Source: Catajapyx aquilonaris
Lineage: Eukaryota
Assembly: GCA_000934665.2 (NCBI GenBank)
Contig: KZ537993.1
Location: 124,001-188,000, forward strand
DNA: 64,000 nucleotides
Reading direction: 5' to 3'
Shown: positions 26,601 to 40,090 of the stretch, one piece after another
Position numbering within the stretch: position 1 is the first letter of the stretch
Layout: the number at the start of each line of letters is the position of its first letter
Notes under the pieces: generated by a model
What the model saw: only the letters and a program-made list of their open reading frames with translations
The model's database searches: none
Told to the model about the DNA's origin: nothing
Position numbers and translations under genes: made by a program

Positions 26601-29600
26601 CAAAAACAAAGAAAAAAGCAATTTCCTTCTTGTTCTAACCACATAGTATAAAATTAGCATTTCCAGTATACCAGGAATTTTATCGGCTTATTTTTAGGCC
26701 ACCACCTCCAAAACACACATTGTGGCATAGTTCATACAATGATGTCATCCCCCCCCCCCCCCACCACCCCCACNAATAGCGTTCTGAACAGCATACCATA
26801 TAAGGCATAACGTCAACTTTATTTTTGGCAGCCTCAACTTGCCCCTGTAAGTTATACGTCCGGTGTCAACAGAAGCTGATGGGTTGCCCTGCACAGTCAG
26901 GATAACCTTTACTTTACTTCCGATCGGCATGGCTTGCCCCTGTATATTATACCGTCTGGTAGTGGTATGGCAAAAGCGGCGCATGGGTTGCCCTATACAG
27001 AGTCAGGATAACCACTTTCGCACAATACATGCTCCAGCGTCATTACCAGGTGCACTGTAAAGCCAGGTGTCGCTCCATTTGTCAAGTACCAGCAGGTGCA
27101 ACTCCCATCTGCTTTCCCAAAAACACCCGTAAAAAATAATAGCAGAAAACGCATTTCGCGATGGGAAGTGAAACTTCCGCCGATTATCTAACTCCCCCCT
27201 CCCCCCCCCTCTCCGTAATCATTCTAATACACTTTCTCTGGGATCACTTTTCCTCTCAGAAAGAACCCCTCCAGTCCGATGACGTCTATATAACCCCCCC
27301 ACGTATAATCCTCCCACCCCGGCCACTTCCGTAACCTTGTTAAGGTTCGTTCAACCCGACCCCACCGGCGCAAAGTAGACCAATTGGGCAGCAAAAACCA
27401 AGATGGCCGCGCATGCGCAGGTTCAGCACAAAAAAAAACCGAAGGCAGCGCTCTGAACTGGGTCATGGCGAGTGTGGAGAAGACTAGTAGATGGGGGAGG
27501 TAGGGAGTGGAGGGGGACCCTTTTTGCACGGGGGTGGGTGGGTGGATAAAGAGTCAGTAACCTGCATGTGGGTCACGAGTGCCTCTCACCGTGGAAGTCT
27601 CTCTCTCCCGCGCGCGCTGGGTTCGCGATCAATGCTAAAATGGCCGACTATATGTAATATGACGGAGGCCCGGGGATCTAGGTCACGGAAGCTGGACGGC
27701 CGAGGCTAGTTCATTGACTTCAGCCCGCCCACCCATCCCCGGCTCTACCTTGGGCTATTGGGGTTAGTCGTCTCCAAACTGATGTAGTAGCATTCATAAT
27801 CCTCCCCCTCCTCTCCCTATCCCTGTTCTACAACTAGTTACCTGTGGAGGCCATTTTTGCTGATGGTTAAATGGTTTCTCCGCTCCCTTGTGCATCTGGT
27901 GACGTAACGAGAGGGGGGTAGAAATGGAAAGTGGCTAATCCTGGTATCATGTGCCCTTGCCCCTTCTCGCTGTAATGTGAGCATCAGGTCTGCTACCTTA
28001 CTCATTGCCAATATGTGGGGCACATGACAGTAGTCCGGCAATAGACCGTTAGTCTAACTGCTTTATGTCATCTGCAGGCGACAGGCAGTAAAGAGACATG
28101 GGTCTTATGAGCGGCAGTAAAAATCCGAGAGTGAAAAATAATCTTCCAAATCAGGCTCGTATATCTGCGCGAACCATTGTTGAACACAGCGGGAGCAGTG
28201 TCACGCTCCACGGAGCCTGAAATGTTTTACTACCCACCGTTGGCGATTATCTCATGATAGCTATGGTCAGCATACTAGATGTGCTGAAAGGTCAGTTTTC
28301 TCTGCCACCGTGCGGGTTTTCCAAAAAAAAAATGTATCGAGGTCACCAGTAACCCTAGCTGTATATACGAGACTCGTAACAAAGATTGAAACCCTTTCGC
28401 CCTGGCTGCAAATAGGCTCGACGAGGCCTACTTTCAATCCTCCAGTACGTTGAACCCACCCACATTTTTCGCCCATTACCAATATCGCCAGGGAGCACGC
28501 GTCAAGCCATAGTGACGCAAATTTTGCTGACACATATCAATTTCAAATATGTCCGTCATTCCAGTACAGAGATGCTTGGAATGTGGTCGAATTATTCCTG
28601 GATCCCTCCAGGGAGGGGTAATTAGACCACAAACCAACCGAGCCGAAATTGCCAACATAACCCCAAAAGTGGTCGTCTAGGCACGCCATGTTTATTCCGG
28701 GTAGATGTTTTCTTCCGAGGATAGAATTAGCAGCGCCGGGTCTAATTCGAGGTCTGCGCAGACATCGTTGGTAGAAGGGAATTCAACTGGCCGATTCGGC
28801 GCAGAGCAAGAAGTCCGCTGCTGGCCCAATTACCCCTCCAGTGACGTACTGTAACGTTACTGGGGGCAGGTAAGGCAGGCCTCCCTATAAGCCCCGGGTG
28901 AATGAACTAGCCTCTCCCCAAGTCCCGTTGGCCTAGTTTCGCCAATATCGGGAATACACCGCGATTACTGTATCACATTACACTTCATAAAAAATCATCA
29001 ATAAATACACCCCAGCTAACTACAGCTCCATCTATCATATTGGCACCGAGGCCAATATGTCCCAGTTGGTGATGGCATTTCTGCTTAAAAGAAAAAAAAG
29101 GACAGGGTCCTACATTTCGCGAAAAATGGTGGGGTGGGGGAGGCGGGGGTAGAAATGGCGCGCGGAAGGCCAGGCCAGGGAGCATTGTCCTAGCCTCATC
29201 CGGGGATACCACTGACCTCTTTTCCCCTCACCACGATGGCCGCTTACGAGTCATGAGGACATTGAAAGTGAAAAGGGGGCGGGGGTCTGTTGCGAGGCGT
29301 TCTCTGCAACCCTCCCCCACCTTCCCCCCTCTAGTTTGGCACCTGCGTAAGTCCCCGCCATGAAGAAAGTGTTGTAAGCAGGTCGGGCGGGCGTTGCACT
29401 TACGAGGCCCTTGTCACTGTCCTCCTTAATGCTCTTGCTTTCCACCCACCCACCCCTACCTCCCAATAAGTGTTTACTTTCGACTAGTGAATCTGATCGA
29501 TCATGATGCAAGGCCAGTGATTAAGATGCGCGAATTTTCAGTATGACGGGGTATGACTAATGGCGGATATCAGTCAAGGGCGGTGGATGGCACTTTTTTT

Positions 29601-30067
29601 TGCAGATTTCAGGAGTTACACATGCGCAACCTGCCTATCAATAATATTCGCTCACGGTTATAGTTAGCAATATTGTACTGCCAGATCGATCGACTGATGG
29701 TAACTTTTGATACACGTCATGTGCACTATTGTATAAATTCGCAAGAGGCATAGTCTGATTGTGTATTCTATTGTGCTTTGTACATAATCGGATATTTTCC
29801 ATTAATTTGTTTGTTACTTTATTTTTTATACGAAATAAAAATTTAGCATAGAGTGTGAAAGTAGGCTATGTGTGCCTTTTACTTTCTCTGAAGGAAAAGT
29901 AACCTTATTGTTTGGAGAACGTAAATGACAGACACCGCTTTGTCGTACTGTAGCTTATAATGTGCACCGTCTTATCCTGTAGTGAGCCTCTTTCTTGCTT
30001 CTTATGGAGGTAAATTTTACCAGTCTAGTACGTGTCCCTCCAAAAATGCCAAACACTTGATATCTAC

Positions 30068-30173
30068 CTGCTAACACACGTCCTAGCAGCTGCTCGTCAC
30101 TGTCCTGCACAGGCACCGCTTCAGGTGAAGGCGACGTCTCCACAGACGCCGGTTTGTAGTCCTTAACTGTCAT
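30068..30173 (-). CDS. E75: E75 alternative first coding exon ('LLGRVLA' type)
   Basis: ATG at 30173; MTVKDYKPASVETSPSPEAVPVQDSDEQLLGRVLA plus G|gtagat (phase 1), in frame with EFDGTTV. Confidence 0.7.
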
Positions 30174-33100
30174 GTCGCACAAAAACACACTATTCAAATG
30201 TCAAACTACCGAAATAAAGGACCACCTAACCGCACTATCTCCTGTCACAAACACAACCTCCAGAAGTCTAAGCCTCCTCCAGGTGCCATCGTCCTGGTCA
30301 AAGTTGAATCACCGTAAGTGACATGTACTTCTCAACACGTGGTGCTGACCACTAACCACATGGTTTGACAGCACTAGGAAACACAGCCACTCTGCACTGA
30401 GCACGAGGCAGGAATAAAAGCAAAAGGGCCATAGCAAGCCCAGGCTGCCGGAGAGCGCGCGGGCTGGGAGAACTTCCACCTACACTACTGCCCTCTACAT
30501 CTCTTTTTTCCCGCCCACAAAAGCCGATTTCATTTTCCTGACCCACTAACTCAGTTTGGGAGGAGAGGAGAGGAGGGCTATGGGTCAGTAGCCATCACTT
30601 TTACTTGCTTGCCCATACCACCATCTCCCCTACCCCCCACCTCTCTTTTGTATGTGTACTCTCACAGTGGTTCATTTTGGATCCATACACGCAGTTACAC
30701 CACGACTTTCACTGAAGGGCAGCGTCTCCTTGCCAGACTGGTGCGATTTGAATGCTTTCAGGTTCATTTGCAGGGTTTTTGCTCAGTTTTGTATGCGATC
30801 GTTTGCATCTGGATTGGAATTGCGAGGAAATTGTGGATTTACAGATAACTGCTATTAAGCGTTTCTGGCACTTGGAGGTGGCTTTGGCTAAATATTGTAT
30901 TTTTGCATTCTGATTTAATTTATTCATTTACATGTGGTACCGTAGTGTACTGCTCATATTTGTAGTTCAAGATGGGGCCAAGGGAAATGCTATGAATTTC
31001 TTGCTCCAACAATCAGTTTGAACAAAAATGCACTAGTTATTAGATGAGTTACTGGCTGCTGAACCACATCTTCTCCCTAATATTCCCTCCTGAAGTGAGG
31101 GCATAGGCAGTGCAACGTCCTGTTTATTGCTCGTGTAAGCAATGTGTGCCTGCTAACCCATCAAAATTATAAACTGTTTTCCCTCTTCTAAAGTTCAGGA
31201 CAGCCAAGGTCTTGCTTGGCTCCCTATTGTGTACCTTATACTGTACACCGCTTGCTCTCTATATACTGTATGTTATACTGTGCTGGCGACGGCCTGTTAA
31301 TAAAATGGACATATGACAAGCGTGTCTGATATTGAATATGCGGGCGAATATTGCATTTTAATAACTTGTTTATGTTCATACAAGCGTCAGGTGACACATC
31401 ATGAAGATAGAGGTGTCAGTTTCAATTCAAATGGCTATGACTATTATTTTTCGATTTGGCTCATGTCACAATTTGGCGATTGTGAATGCAACCCGCCATT
31501 CACCCTTACAAAACGCTCCACGAATTATTTGCACACCGCTAAATAACAGCTGGGCCAATGTGGGTACGTATACAACGTGTGGGTGAGTGGAATTAATTTC
31601 GCCACGATGAGAACGTCCAAATCAACTTTTCTCCTCGGCAGCAATTTCGCCACCCCGAATAAAGCAATGGGATCTCTCTCCTGTCACCATTTCGACACGT
31701 TGCACCAAAAACGATTATTACCCATTTCGAAGTGGCGACCATTGAGGGTAACGAAATGCCAAGCGCACATGGCCCAAATGGAATGGGGAACATGGCAATA
31801 TAATATACGGTATACCCCCATCGTGTTGTAAGCCTCCGAAATGGACTTCAAAATTAGCAACGCGACACTTTCACTTTCCAAAGCTTGCTCTCCTTTTAAT
31901 TGCCGATTACATGTACACATCATATTGTACAAAAAATTATCAAATTCAATAAATTGACACAAGGGCATATTGCACATTTGTTCCAAAACCTGTGAAGTGT
32001 GCGATAGTGAAAGACATTGTGACATGTACAGTATGAGAAAAAAAAGTGTCTCCATGGAACCCATCACTGCCATGATCTATTTTCCTGACTCCCCGATTCG
32101 GACCGTCAGTCATCCCGCAAAGGACCGAGAGTAACAGTCCGTTAAGAAAATCAAAAGTCGCGTCGATTATGAAGAATCCCGTTAGTTGTTTATACAATAC
32201 AGTTTTGTGGGAGCTGAGTAAACAAAACAAAAAAGAACAGGTCGGGAATGATTATAAAGGTTGCGGCTTCGGGTCTGGAGAGAAACTTGTTTCCCAGCCC
32301 TCGTTTTCGCTCTCGAAGGTGAAACGAGGAAGTTTCTGCAGGAGTTACGGGGCCAGTTCTAAATTTTTCGTTCTAACATGCAAAGTATTAATCCCTTTCA
32401 ATTTACACGCACACTCATTTTTTTCCACGTTTCGGTGCAATATGTAATAACCGGTCGGCTTATGTACGCAGGATTACTTAGCAACTCCGCGAAAACCAGG
32501 TTTTGGCGTCATATTTTGACTGCTAAATAAGGTTGATTGCACATGCTTTGTTGTAATATATTTTGCTTAATTTGTAGCCGGTTGTGGTATAATTGCGGAC
32601 GATTTATTATTAGGAGGCAGTAAAAGTTTCATTGCTGCAAATCACTCAGGTGGCAAACAGTATTTACTTTCCACACTGTAGGACGTTGATCCTTTGACGT
32701 GTGAAGCGAAATTAAGCAGAATATCTCTGGATTTAATATTACAAAACAGGCATGCAGTAGAAGCAGTACCGTTACTAGCCAGGTAACTGCATGAAGTGCA
32801 GAAAACTGAATACCAACGAATGTGAAAGTGACAAATCTTGACAACCGTTTGTAACACCTAAGTACTCATTCTGTCCACAAACATCTTAATCATGTTAAAA
32901 TATAAAATTAACACACCAGTAACCTAGTGCCAATTATGGAGTGAAGGTGTCTCAGGTCGTTCACCTGAGAGAGAGAAAAAAAAACCGCTCCTGAACCCTG
33001 ACACAATTGAGTTTCAACAATTTAAAGGTCTTGCCCATCTGAGCTCATGAATATTTCTGCAGAAACCGAAAGTAATAGTGGCGACCCTCGCACAATTCCA

Positions 33101-36100
33101 GGCACTCTACATTAAAAGTTTATAATTCAGCAGACTAATCTATTAATCAGCTCCCCTGATGAGTTCCGACCAGTAATAGACAAGTGACATGATTCGTGAA
33201 CATCCAACTTGAAGGCACTAGTCACGATCAATCCCCGCGGGCCAAAATTCGCAATATTTTAATTCCGTGAATCACGCCCTAGCCAGTTGTTTCAAAACAA
33301 CGTTTTGCATAACCGTGAAAAGAGGTATATTGTAAAAAGGGTGCACACCGCTCATGTGGTCTCGCACCCGAATTGCAAATTAAAAAGTGAGAGATGGCAA
33401 TGTGGCACACGTTCAGAGCAATGGCCCAGGGTAATGATAAAAAAGAAAAAAGTAAAAGGGATCAGAAAAAGGGCCACCAGATCACAAAAAGTGAGTCCAC
33501 CACCCTCACCTCGTACTATCAAATTGACTCCGTGCGTGATTCTTGAAGAGGTTGAGATATCGTTAGGTAAGTCGAGGGGACTCATTCACGTGTCGCCGGT
33601 TCCTTCCCAAACTGTTCCACTTCCACTTTCTCCTATCTCTCTCTCCAGGTTTACTCTACAAGACAGTTTTCCCCCCTGGACTGTCCTCTTCGCACTGGAC
33701 TCTCCAGCATTTAGATGCTGAAAGTGAAAATTCAAGCAAGAACAAGAAGCGATTTCGCTCATCGCTGTTGGACACGAAGAGTACTCCCGGAAATGATTGA
33801 TTTCTATACCTGCCATGCTCTCTAATGAGTGATTTTATTGACTTTCTTTACACACTAATATATAGCCTTTGGCTTTTCAGGGGCTCTAACCCTAATACAA
33901 ATAGGCTACATATAGACCAAAATTATTATTATTATTATTATTATTAGAAGGTACCAACTGTACGTTGATATATGCTAATGTGTGTAGTGAAAAGCGAAAG
34001 TGGACGACTTCTCAGGATGAGGTTTATTTTTTCGCTTTGATTATTAAGCTTTCTAAATACCGGTATCATACTGCCCTTTGCTCTCACAGTCAGTCACACA
34101 GGATTTCTTTCGCTTCCGACATCCAGGATTTTGACAGTATTATTAGGTCTACACTAGATGCACATTTTAGAGTGCCGAATTAGAAGGTCATTCTTCACAT
34201 AAAAAATTAATTGTAGAATAACAAAGTGTGATATGTTGCCCTCTTTGTTAAGTAATGTACGCACAAATGAAAGTAGAGTGAACGTATCACGCCTTTAAAA
34301 ACTGAGACAAAATCAGCTCAAGGCATCCGACTTCTAGCAGGGCACATATTTCCCTTTTGAGCCACACAAATTCATTTTCATTTTCAGAAAAAAAACAGTC
34401 GAGAAATGATATTAACATACATGGCCCACAAAAATTTCATTATACTGTAGTAAATGAAACGCGACGTAACTGACACAAAAAGGCGGATTCACTCGCGGGC
34501 TATGTAGTACAAAAAGTCAACCCTAATTTCCATACAAAGTACAAAGAAGCGCATGAAGCATCAAGTGTATCAGTACAGCTTTTCATTCTGCAAAAATAAC
34601 TGGGCTGGGAACTCGAAAGAGGTCGGGGGTAGCAGTGAGGACACTCGGCAGTTTATAAGCGGCGAGAGTGAAGTTCGTTGACCGGCGCCGCCTTCGAATG
34701 GTGTCAGTGTGTCATTTGCAGAGCAGAAAAGAACTGGAAAAATAAAATAAACTGTGCCCCTCTACGGTGACCTATCGGTACCAATCTGCATGGACGCATC
34801 TGACTCCATTTAAAGTCCTGAAGTGTGGCTATCAATGCATCGCTATGACAGGTTGCATAACTTCAAAAAAATGTTGACATATCGTATGTTTAAAGGAGGC
34901 CTCCCTAATTCAATACGGTCAATTATAACGCAGCGTAGTACATTGGTTTCTTGCACTTTCCCAGTCAGCAGGTAACAAGGACAGGCGAATAAGAGTGAAA
35001 TCAAGCTTCAAAACCTACTGTTTCTTTTTTGCCTTTAACCTCCTTACACTGTCTCTAACTCTCTCCCTTTCTCCTTCTTCTCATTTCCCTGCCTAGAAGA
35101 ATGTGTCCACAACTCTTCTTTGGTGTTACGTCAAAGATCAGGTCGATTCCTTTTAAACGAGCCCATTTTCCATCCTGTGTACTGGCTTATTGCTGGAACT
35201 AGGCCAAAATATTTAGATGATGTAAGGCTATATTTGTGTCGTTATATGATGTAAAATTATTTGAAGCGTTTTTATCTATTTCTACATCTAAAATTCCATT
35301 TCAGTAAAATTTACCAAACAGTCTACTCGATTCATTAATTAAATAATTTTCCATGCAGTTTATTAACCACATTTCTATTATCGCTTGTATTTAATATTTG
35401 AAAATTAAGGTACTGACTCGAGCGAAACATACATTTTCCCCATTAGATAAAGCTTAAATTACTCGCAACAACTTAGAGCGCACACGACCTTAATTACGTC
35501 CTGCCATCATTATCTAAATCATGAGTTAACAAATGTCACGCACACGCCGCACTTCGGCTCGGTACAAGCTGTAAGACTTTTATTAGCTGATGTTTGATAA
35601 TATAGGATCAAAGATGTAGGCTGCGCCTTGGTACTGGCGTCACTACCAGGTTATTGTCCTGTGGATGCATTATCTTCATTAATAATCTTTTAGGCGACCT
35701 CCATTTACAGCCTAGATAAGTTAAGGCAGGACTAATTTGCTTAGAGTGAACTACTACACTATGAAGGTCTATTCAGTGCTTTATAGTTAACTTACAGATT
35801 TTTTACTCGAAACAGTAATATATTTTTATATGTAGCTTATTTCGCCCTGATCCTGTGATCCAGGTGCCGAAGACGCTATACAAAAATAACAACTTCGGGC
35901 GATACTAGCGATAGCCAAATACTTAGAACACCCTGTACATAAAAAGTGCTCAAATGTCCTGAAAAAAAGTTGACAAAACACCCAAATTTTGGCACAACTT
36001 TATTTCTGTAATCTGTTCCTCTGCCAAAATTCCAATCCCTACCCATGTTCTGCATACATCTCATACCTTCCCAATCGGTGTGGACCGTTGATGAAATAAC

Positions 36101-39100
36101 TATCGAGACTCTCACACACGCACAAAAAAACGTCTAATCAAGGCTGTTAAAGCATGTTACTTCACCCGCTTCATCTCTCCTTCGCCTCGGTTGCCTCCAA
36201 ACAACAAAAGTAAACCGAGTAAGCATGTTACTTTTCCTTTCTTTCCGCGCGTTCCAGATAAAGTTTCACTCTCGGGCCTTCGTCTTTAGCCTGTCCCTCA
36301 ATTCAACCACCGCTACCCCACCCCCCTCTCCTGCATCACCGGATTGAGACACACTCATATACACATGCATACGTATACTCCAGCCCCAGGAAACTGTGTT
36401 AGTGGAAGTTGACCTACTCGCAGGACGTTCAACTGCCTTCCAGCTTGGGCTTTCGCTGATTTTCTGAAGGCCAAACTGGTGGATACCAGGCTGGGAAATA
36501 GAGTGCTCAACAACTGCTGTTGATATGAATCGTGTTGAACAAACGGATAAATGGTGGGTAGATAAGGGACAAATATTTGAGTGAAAACTATAACAGGGCT
36601 TTCAGTTAGGTCCGGGCTGGTTTTGAAAGTTGAAAGCGGGCTTTTTCATATTGGAGTGAATGACCATTTTATATGGGATTATGCAATGCGTGACTGCGAT
36701 GAGGCTCTTTTGTTTTGGGAAGGTTATGAACTGCGAGCGAATTCGGATATTTTGTGTGAAATTATAATGGGATGGGGTTTTCACTATGTGCAATTTGCAC
36801 AGTTACAATGGAAAATCAGCTCGAAAAAGCATGATGGCATTTACAATTCAGTCACTCATAAACAAATTTATATGCGTATTTTAAGCACTAATTTGACCGG
36901 ACAAGACAACTTGGCCTACCGTGTAAATGTACGCTTAAAATTTATGTTTAAAACAGAAAACACCGACATTGCCATGTTAAAGTGATAAATCATGTGGCTC
37001 CAACGAATTAACAAATATTTACTACAAACAAGCGTGACAGTAAAATCTACTACAGCATAATCAATAGGCATATCTTTTTATTATGCGTGCAAATCTCATA
37101 ACACGTTACAGTATGCAAAATAGTCCGTCGTAACCATTGGCGGTACTTCGAAGCCTGCTTCTAAGCCCGGGTCAATGGTCAGAATTGAGGGTGTCCGAAA
37201 TGGGATTAACGCCCCCATTACGAGAGGTTGAGCGAAAAATGCCTCGCGAGGTCACTGCTGGTAATCTCCTAAGTGGCGTAACCGATGAACCACTGAGCTG
37301 ATTTTTTTTTCACAAAAAAAATTTATGCACACAAAAATGCTAATGTTTCCCCCCAAAAGAATGAGTGAGTGTGTTTTGGGTGAGCGAAGCTCGCATAATT
37401 CGAATGGACTTCAAAATAGGCTTCCCGAAGGCTGTTGGACTTTCACTTTTGCCCTCTGGACACACGATTTGCAAGCCTGTCCCGAGGAGCGGCCAATGCC
37501 AAGTTACACCACTCTGGGAAATAAAAAAAAATCCTGTGACGGCACACAATTTTTGCCAATTTATGTAACACCAAAAGTCAATTTAAGCTGTTGAATAATA
37601 GCAGACTTGGTGCATGGCGATTTAATCGCATGATGGACATTATTTTATTTATACGATCCCCCATGAGAGGGTGCCTATCATCATTAATTTTTTTGTCATA
37701 TTTTTGTCAATATCCAATTTGCATATAAGTGTCGATGAGATGATTCTGTATTCTGTAGACATTTTATAAGATTGGCGGCTGATTATTATTGGTTGGCTGC
37801 CTAGTACAGTCTGAAAAAAATTCATAAGATGCAAAATTTCTTAAAAATTTATTGTCGAAGTAATCAATTAATAACCCACTCTGACCGACATTTCAAACTG
37901 CCTCAAGAGCACCCATCCCCATATATGCACAAAAAAATTCCCCCACATCTATTTCCAAGCAATGAGCGAACGAAAGTGAAATCCGGCGCGAAGTGTGTTG
38001 GCGAGTCCTCCGACCTGAATTCGCAGAGGGCACTAACCGCAATGGAGGTGAACTCGGTGCCCACACTTCGCAACCGTGCAAAGCAAGCCCTCCCCCTCTA
38101 CTCTACATCACAGGCCCTTCTTGCACCAAGTCCCCACTCCCCAGAGGCCAGTGCCCCCAACTCAGACTCCAATTGAGCACAAGGATGACAGTGAAACCGC
38201 GATCGCAAGGCTGGAATGGCGTGCACCTTTATGTTAAGGCAACGGCACACGCGCATGGAAAAAAAATGGCGGATTTGAGTTAGATGGAACGAAGGTAGAT
38301 GGCAGCACACTGAGGGAGAGGATTTTGATGTGAATGGGCTAGGGAAGTTATGACGGAGTTTCTGCTAGGTCGTGGGCGGATTAATTGGGTTGTGGTTTAT
38401 GGCATAATGTCTAAATTTTCATTAATGATTCCCTTATTGAATTAGGGCTAGGAGCACATCCCAGATTGCTGGATTAATGTTACTAATGGACGTTGGTGTA
38501 TCGCATTAATTTGATTTTGGTTGGTAGGTACCTGGTGTTTAGGATGCATTGTCGTGGTGGGTACCCTGAGCTCGAAATGTCATGCGGGGTTTAAGGCGTA
38601 AGTCATTAGCGCCTGAAATTATATTGCATGAAGAGCGGGAGTTTTGGTAAAAACGCTGCCATAAATGTAGGCTTACGGCATCTATTTTGTTGTATAGAAC
38701 GTAACCTTACAATGTACTAATGTGTACAATTGACGTCATGGTCAGGTCGTAAATCAATGAATCGGTTGTAGTTGATAGCCGTCTTTATTGATGTGACACT
38801 GGCACACCAGGTTGTCATAGGACCCTGAGGAGCATCAGTTTCTAGATTGCATATAATTTCGCAATCGGATGTAAGGATTGGCATCAGACCAAAGCAATAT
38901 TAGTGTACACTAACAATAAGTTAAGGCGATAAAACAGTGTCGGATCTCGGATGTGTTGATACACAGATAACTATGATAAGAAAAGCGCATATTACCATAA
39001 CAAACGCAACGAATTATTTTCCCAAGCATTACTTAAAAATATACTATTAGTTCCTTGCCCCTATAGGCCTATACACTCAGCATAGATTATTTCTCAAAAT

Positions 39101-40027
39101 AGTTGCAACAACAGCCCATAATTTAAATATGCCCTGCATAAGTCCATTCTCCTTGACCGTGTGTCACCCCAACGTACACGGAAGTTCTCTTCCACCACAC
39201 CGATTTCATAAATAAAATGTCAAAGACCTCCCTCAAAACAAGAATCTACTGCTACCTTCTTTTGCAGGTAGGCTACCTGCCCAGAGTTCGCGTGCACAAA
39301 AGAGAAAATATTGACGCCAGCAGGAAACAGAAAATACAGGGCAAAATAGAAAATGGACGTCGTTGAAAAAGGAAAAAAAAAAAAAAACGACCAACCGATG
39401 GGAAACACTCCTCCTAGCTTCTCACGTGGGCCATTGTCACAGATTTTTGCACCGCGCAGATTTCGCAACTCCCGAACTCTCGAACCCCCCCTAGTTGAGT
39501 TTCTGGCCGACAGATGGCGGGAAATGAAAGGTTTTCTCTTGGCGAGGGCCAGCAGAGTTGGCGCGCTCCAAAAAGTCCCATTTTTCTATAGGTTGGGAAT
39601 GGGAGGGGGAGGGGGGTTTGGGTGGGTGGAAGGGGTCGAGGGGAGGTCGTTGGAAACCCTGGGACCTTGGCCTCCAGTTTTGCACGCAACTTCTGCGAAT
39701 GCACCGTAAATTGCGATGTGTTGCGCCGCAGAGGCCAAGGCCTATACGCACTTTTTTTATTGCTTTCAAATTGAACCCACACCATTTTGTAAACTGATAT
39801 GATGATTACAGTATTGGTCGCAAGGGGAATTTTCTGGTCTTTTGTCCCCTGAGTCACGGGATATTTGCTGTACTATCGATTGAGCTCAGGTGCCCATGAT
39901 GAGAAAAAAAGTTCTGCTTCTTCTTCTCATGACGTCAATTCTTTGTGGTTATTTATATGGAGCAGTGTCCACAAAAGAGAGCCCTGTCTACTGTAGATTA
40001 CTTTTTAAAAGTTTCCTCTGCCACGTG

Positions 40028-40090
<63 letters not shown>
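40028..40090. repeat. (ATT)21 microsatellite
   Basis: Perfect ATT tandem run. Confidence 0.95.
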
